Shown one piece after another: positions 63,441-64,000 of a stretch of DNA of 64,000 nt. A program made the position numbers and the translations under genes. Source of the stretch: Torpedo marmorata (lineage: Eukaryota). Where the stretch lies: assembly GCA_977017645.1 (NCBI GenBank), contig OZ360240.1, positions 71,176,001 through 71,240,000 on the forward strand. Reading direction: 5' to 3'. The notes under the pieces were generated by a model. It had not been told where the DNA came from. It searched no databases and saw nothing but the letters and a program-made list of their open reading frames with translations. Numbering within the stretch: the first letter of the stretch is position 1; each line of letters opens with the position of its first letter.

Positions 63441-63570
63441 TACCCTAAGATCACGGGACATGATTTAAAGACACGTGGCAGTGACGTCACCGAGAAGCGA
63501 CCGGGGCATAAGACCGGGGGAGAGCGCGCGTTTCAGAGCCTTTTCAAATCAAAAGCGCCGGTGACATCCA
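63410..63570. promoter_or_regulatory. CpG-rich promoter of TMEM104 with CCAAT box, CRE and CACGTG motifs
   Basis: ATTGG at 63420-63424 (CCAAT on minus), TGACGT at 63436-63441, CACGTG at 63472-63477 (TGCCACGTGTC on minus), perfect TGACGTCA at 63482-63489; locally high CpG density. Confidence 0.6.
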
Positions 63571-64000
63571 GAATCAGCAATGCCAGGACAAAATCAGTCC
63601 CTGAATCAATGCAAAACTGTCATCTAAATCAACAGAGAGGTTGAGGTGTTTTGGGAAGGTTCAACAAAACAAGGAAAGATATTGTGGATGGAAGAGCGTT
63701 CAGAGTTGAGATTGGATGGGCTTTTGCGTCTAGTATGGTAGGGGAATTATGGGCTATGGGGAACGGGCTGACTCCTGCTCCTATTTCTTCTGTTCTTAAA
63801 GATAGCTGGGCAGATCTGTAAAATGGAGAAAATTAATGCAGGGTGCTTTCCTTTATTAGCAATGCAACACAATGTAAGACTTGTTTATCACTCAATCTGG
63901 AGTAAGACCATGACATAGGACAGAGCACATCACAGCAGCAGGCCAGCCAGACACCAAACATGATGCCCATTTTAAATGAAAGCTCCTCTGCTTGCACATG

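Noticed and set aside
62363-63644. Three long Pro-rich ORFs (332-361 aa) on the plus strand
   Set aside because: They are translations of a stop-free C-rich minisatellite, open in all three frames, with no independent coding evidence.
63490-64000. NAT9 coding start expected from human synteny
   Set aside because: No NAT9-like peptide is visible in any frame.

Overview
Eukaryotic (vertebrate) genomic DNA, most likely a cartilaginous fish such as a ray or shark. This is inferred from the repeat complement: V-SINE/HE1-like SINEs, Rex1/Babar, CR1, AT-rich L1 and Penelope hammerhead repeats. The only host gene I can support is the 5' half of TMEM104 (SLC38-like amino-acid transporter family) on the minus strand. 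It has a CpG-rich promoter and probable non-coding exon 1 near 63.4 kb, then five coding exons (62022-62066, 52712-52833, 34360-34444, 17396-17501, 13403-13483). These splice in frame with canonical GT/AG sites, and the gene continues beyond position 1. The introns are packed with nested transposable elements: Rex1/Babar LINEs, five L1 copies with target-site duplications (TSDs), CR1 fragments, a decayed full-length Ty3/Gypsy provirus with a tRNA-Trp PBS, three solo LTRs, a Chapaev3 deletion derivative, Tigger-like and composite hAT MITEs, tRNA- and 5S-derived SINEs, and a Penelope-like element. The most interesting observations are: minimal hammerhead ribozyme motifs in Penelope-derived repeats; a 5S rRNA-headed SINE that shares a 3' module with other non-autonomous elements; a composite hAT MITE built from two inverted mini-MITEs; and a spliced uORF ending 2 nt before the TMEM104 start codon, next to CRE/UPR-like motifs and a G-rich minisatellite in intron 1. 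All identifications are by eye and from recalled family knowledge; no database search was run.
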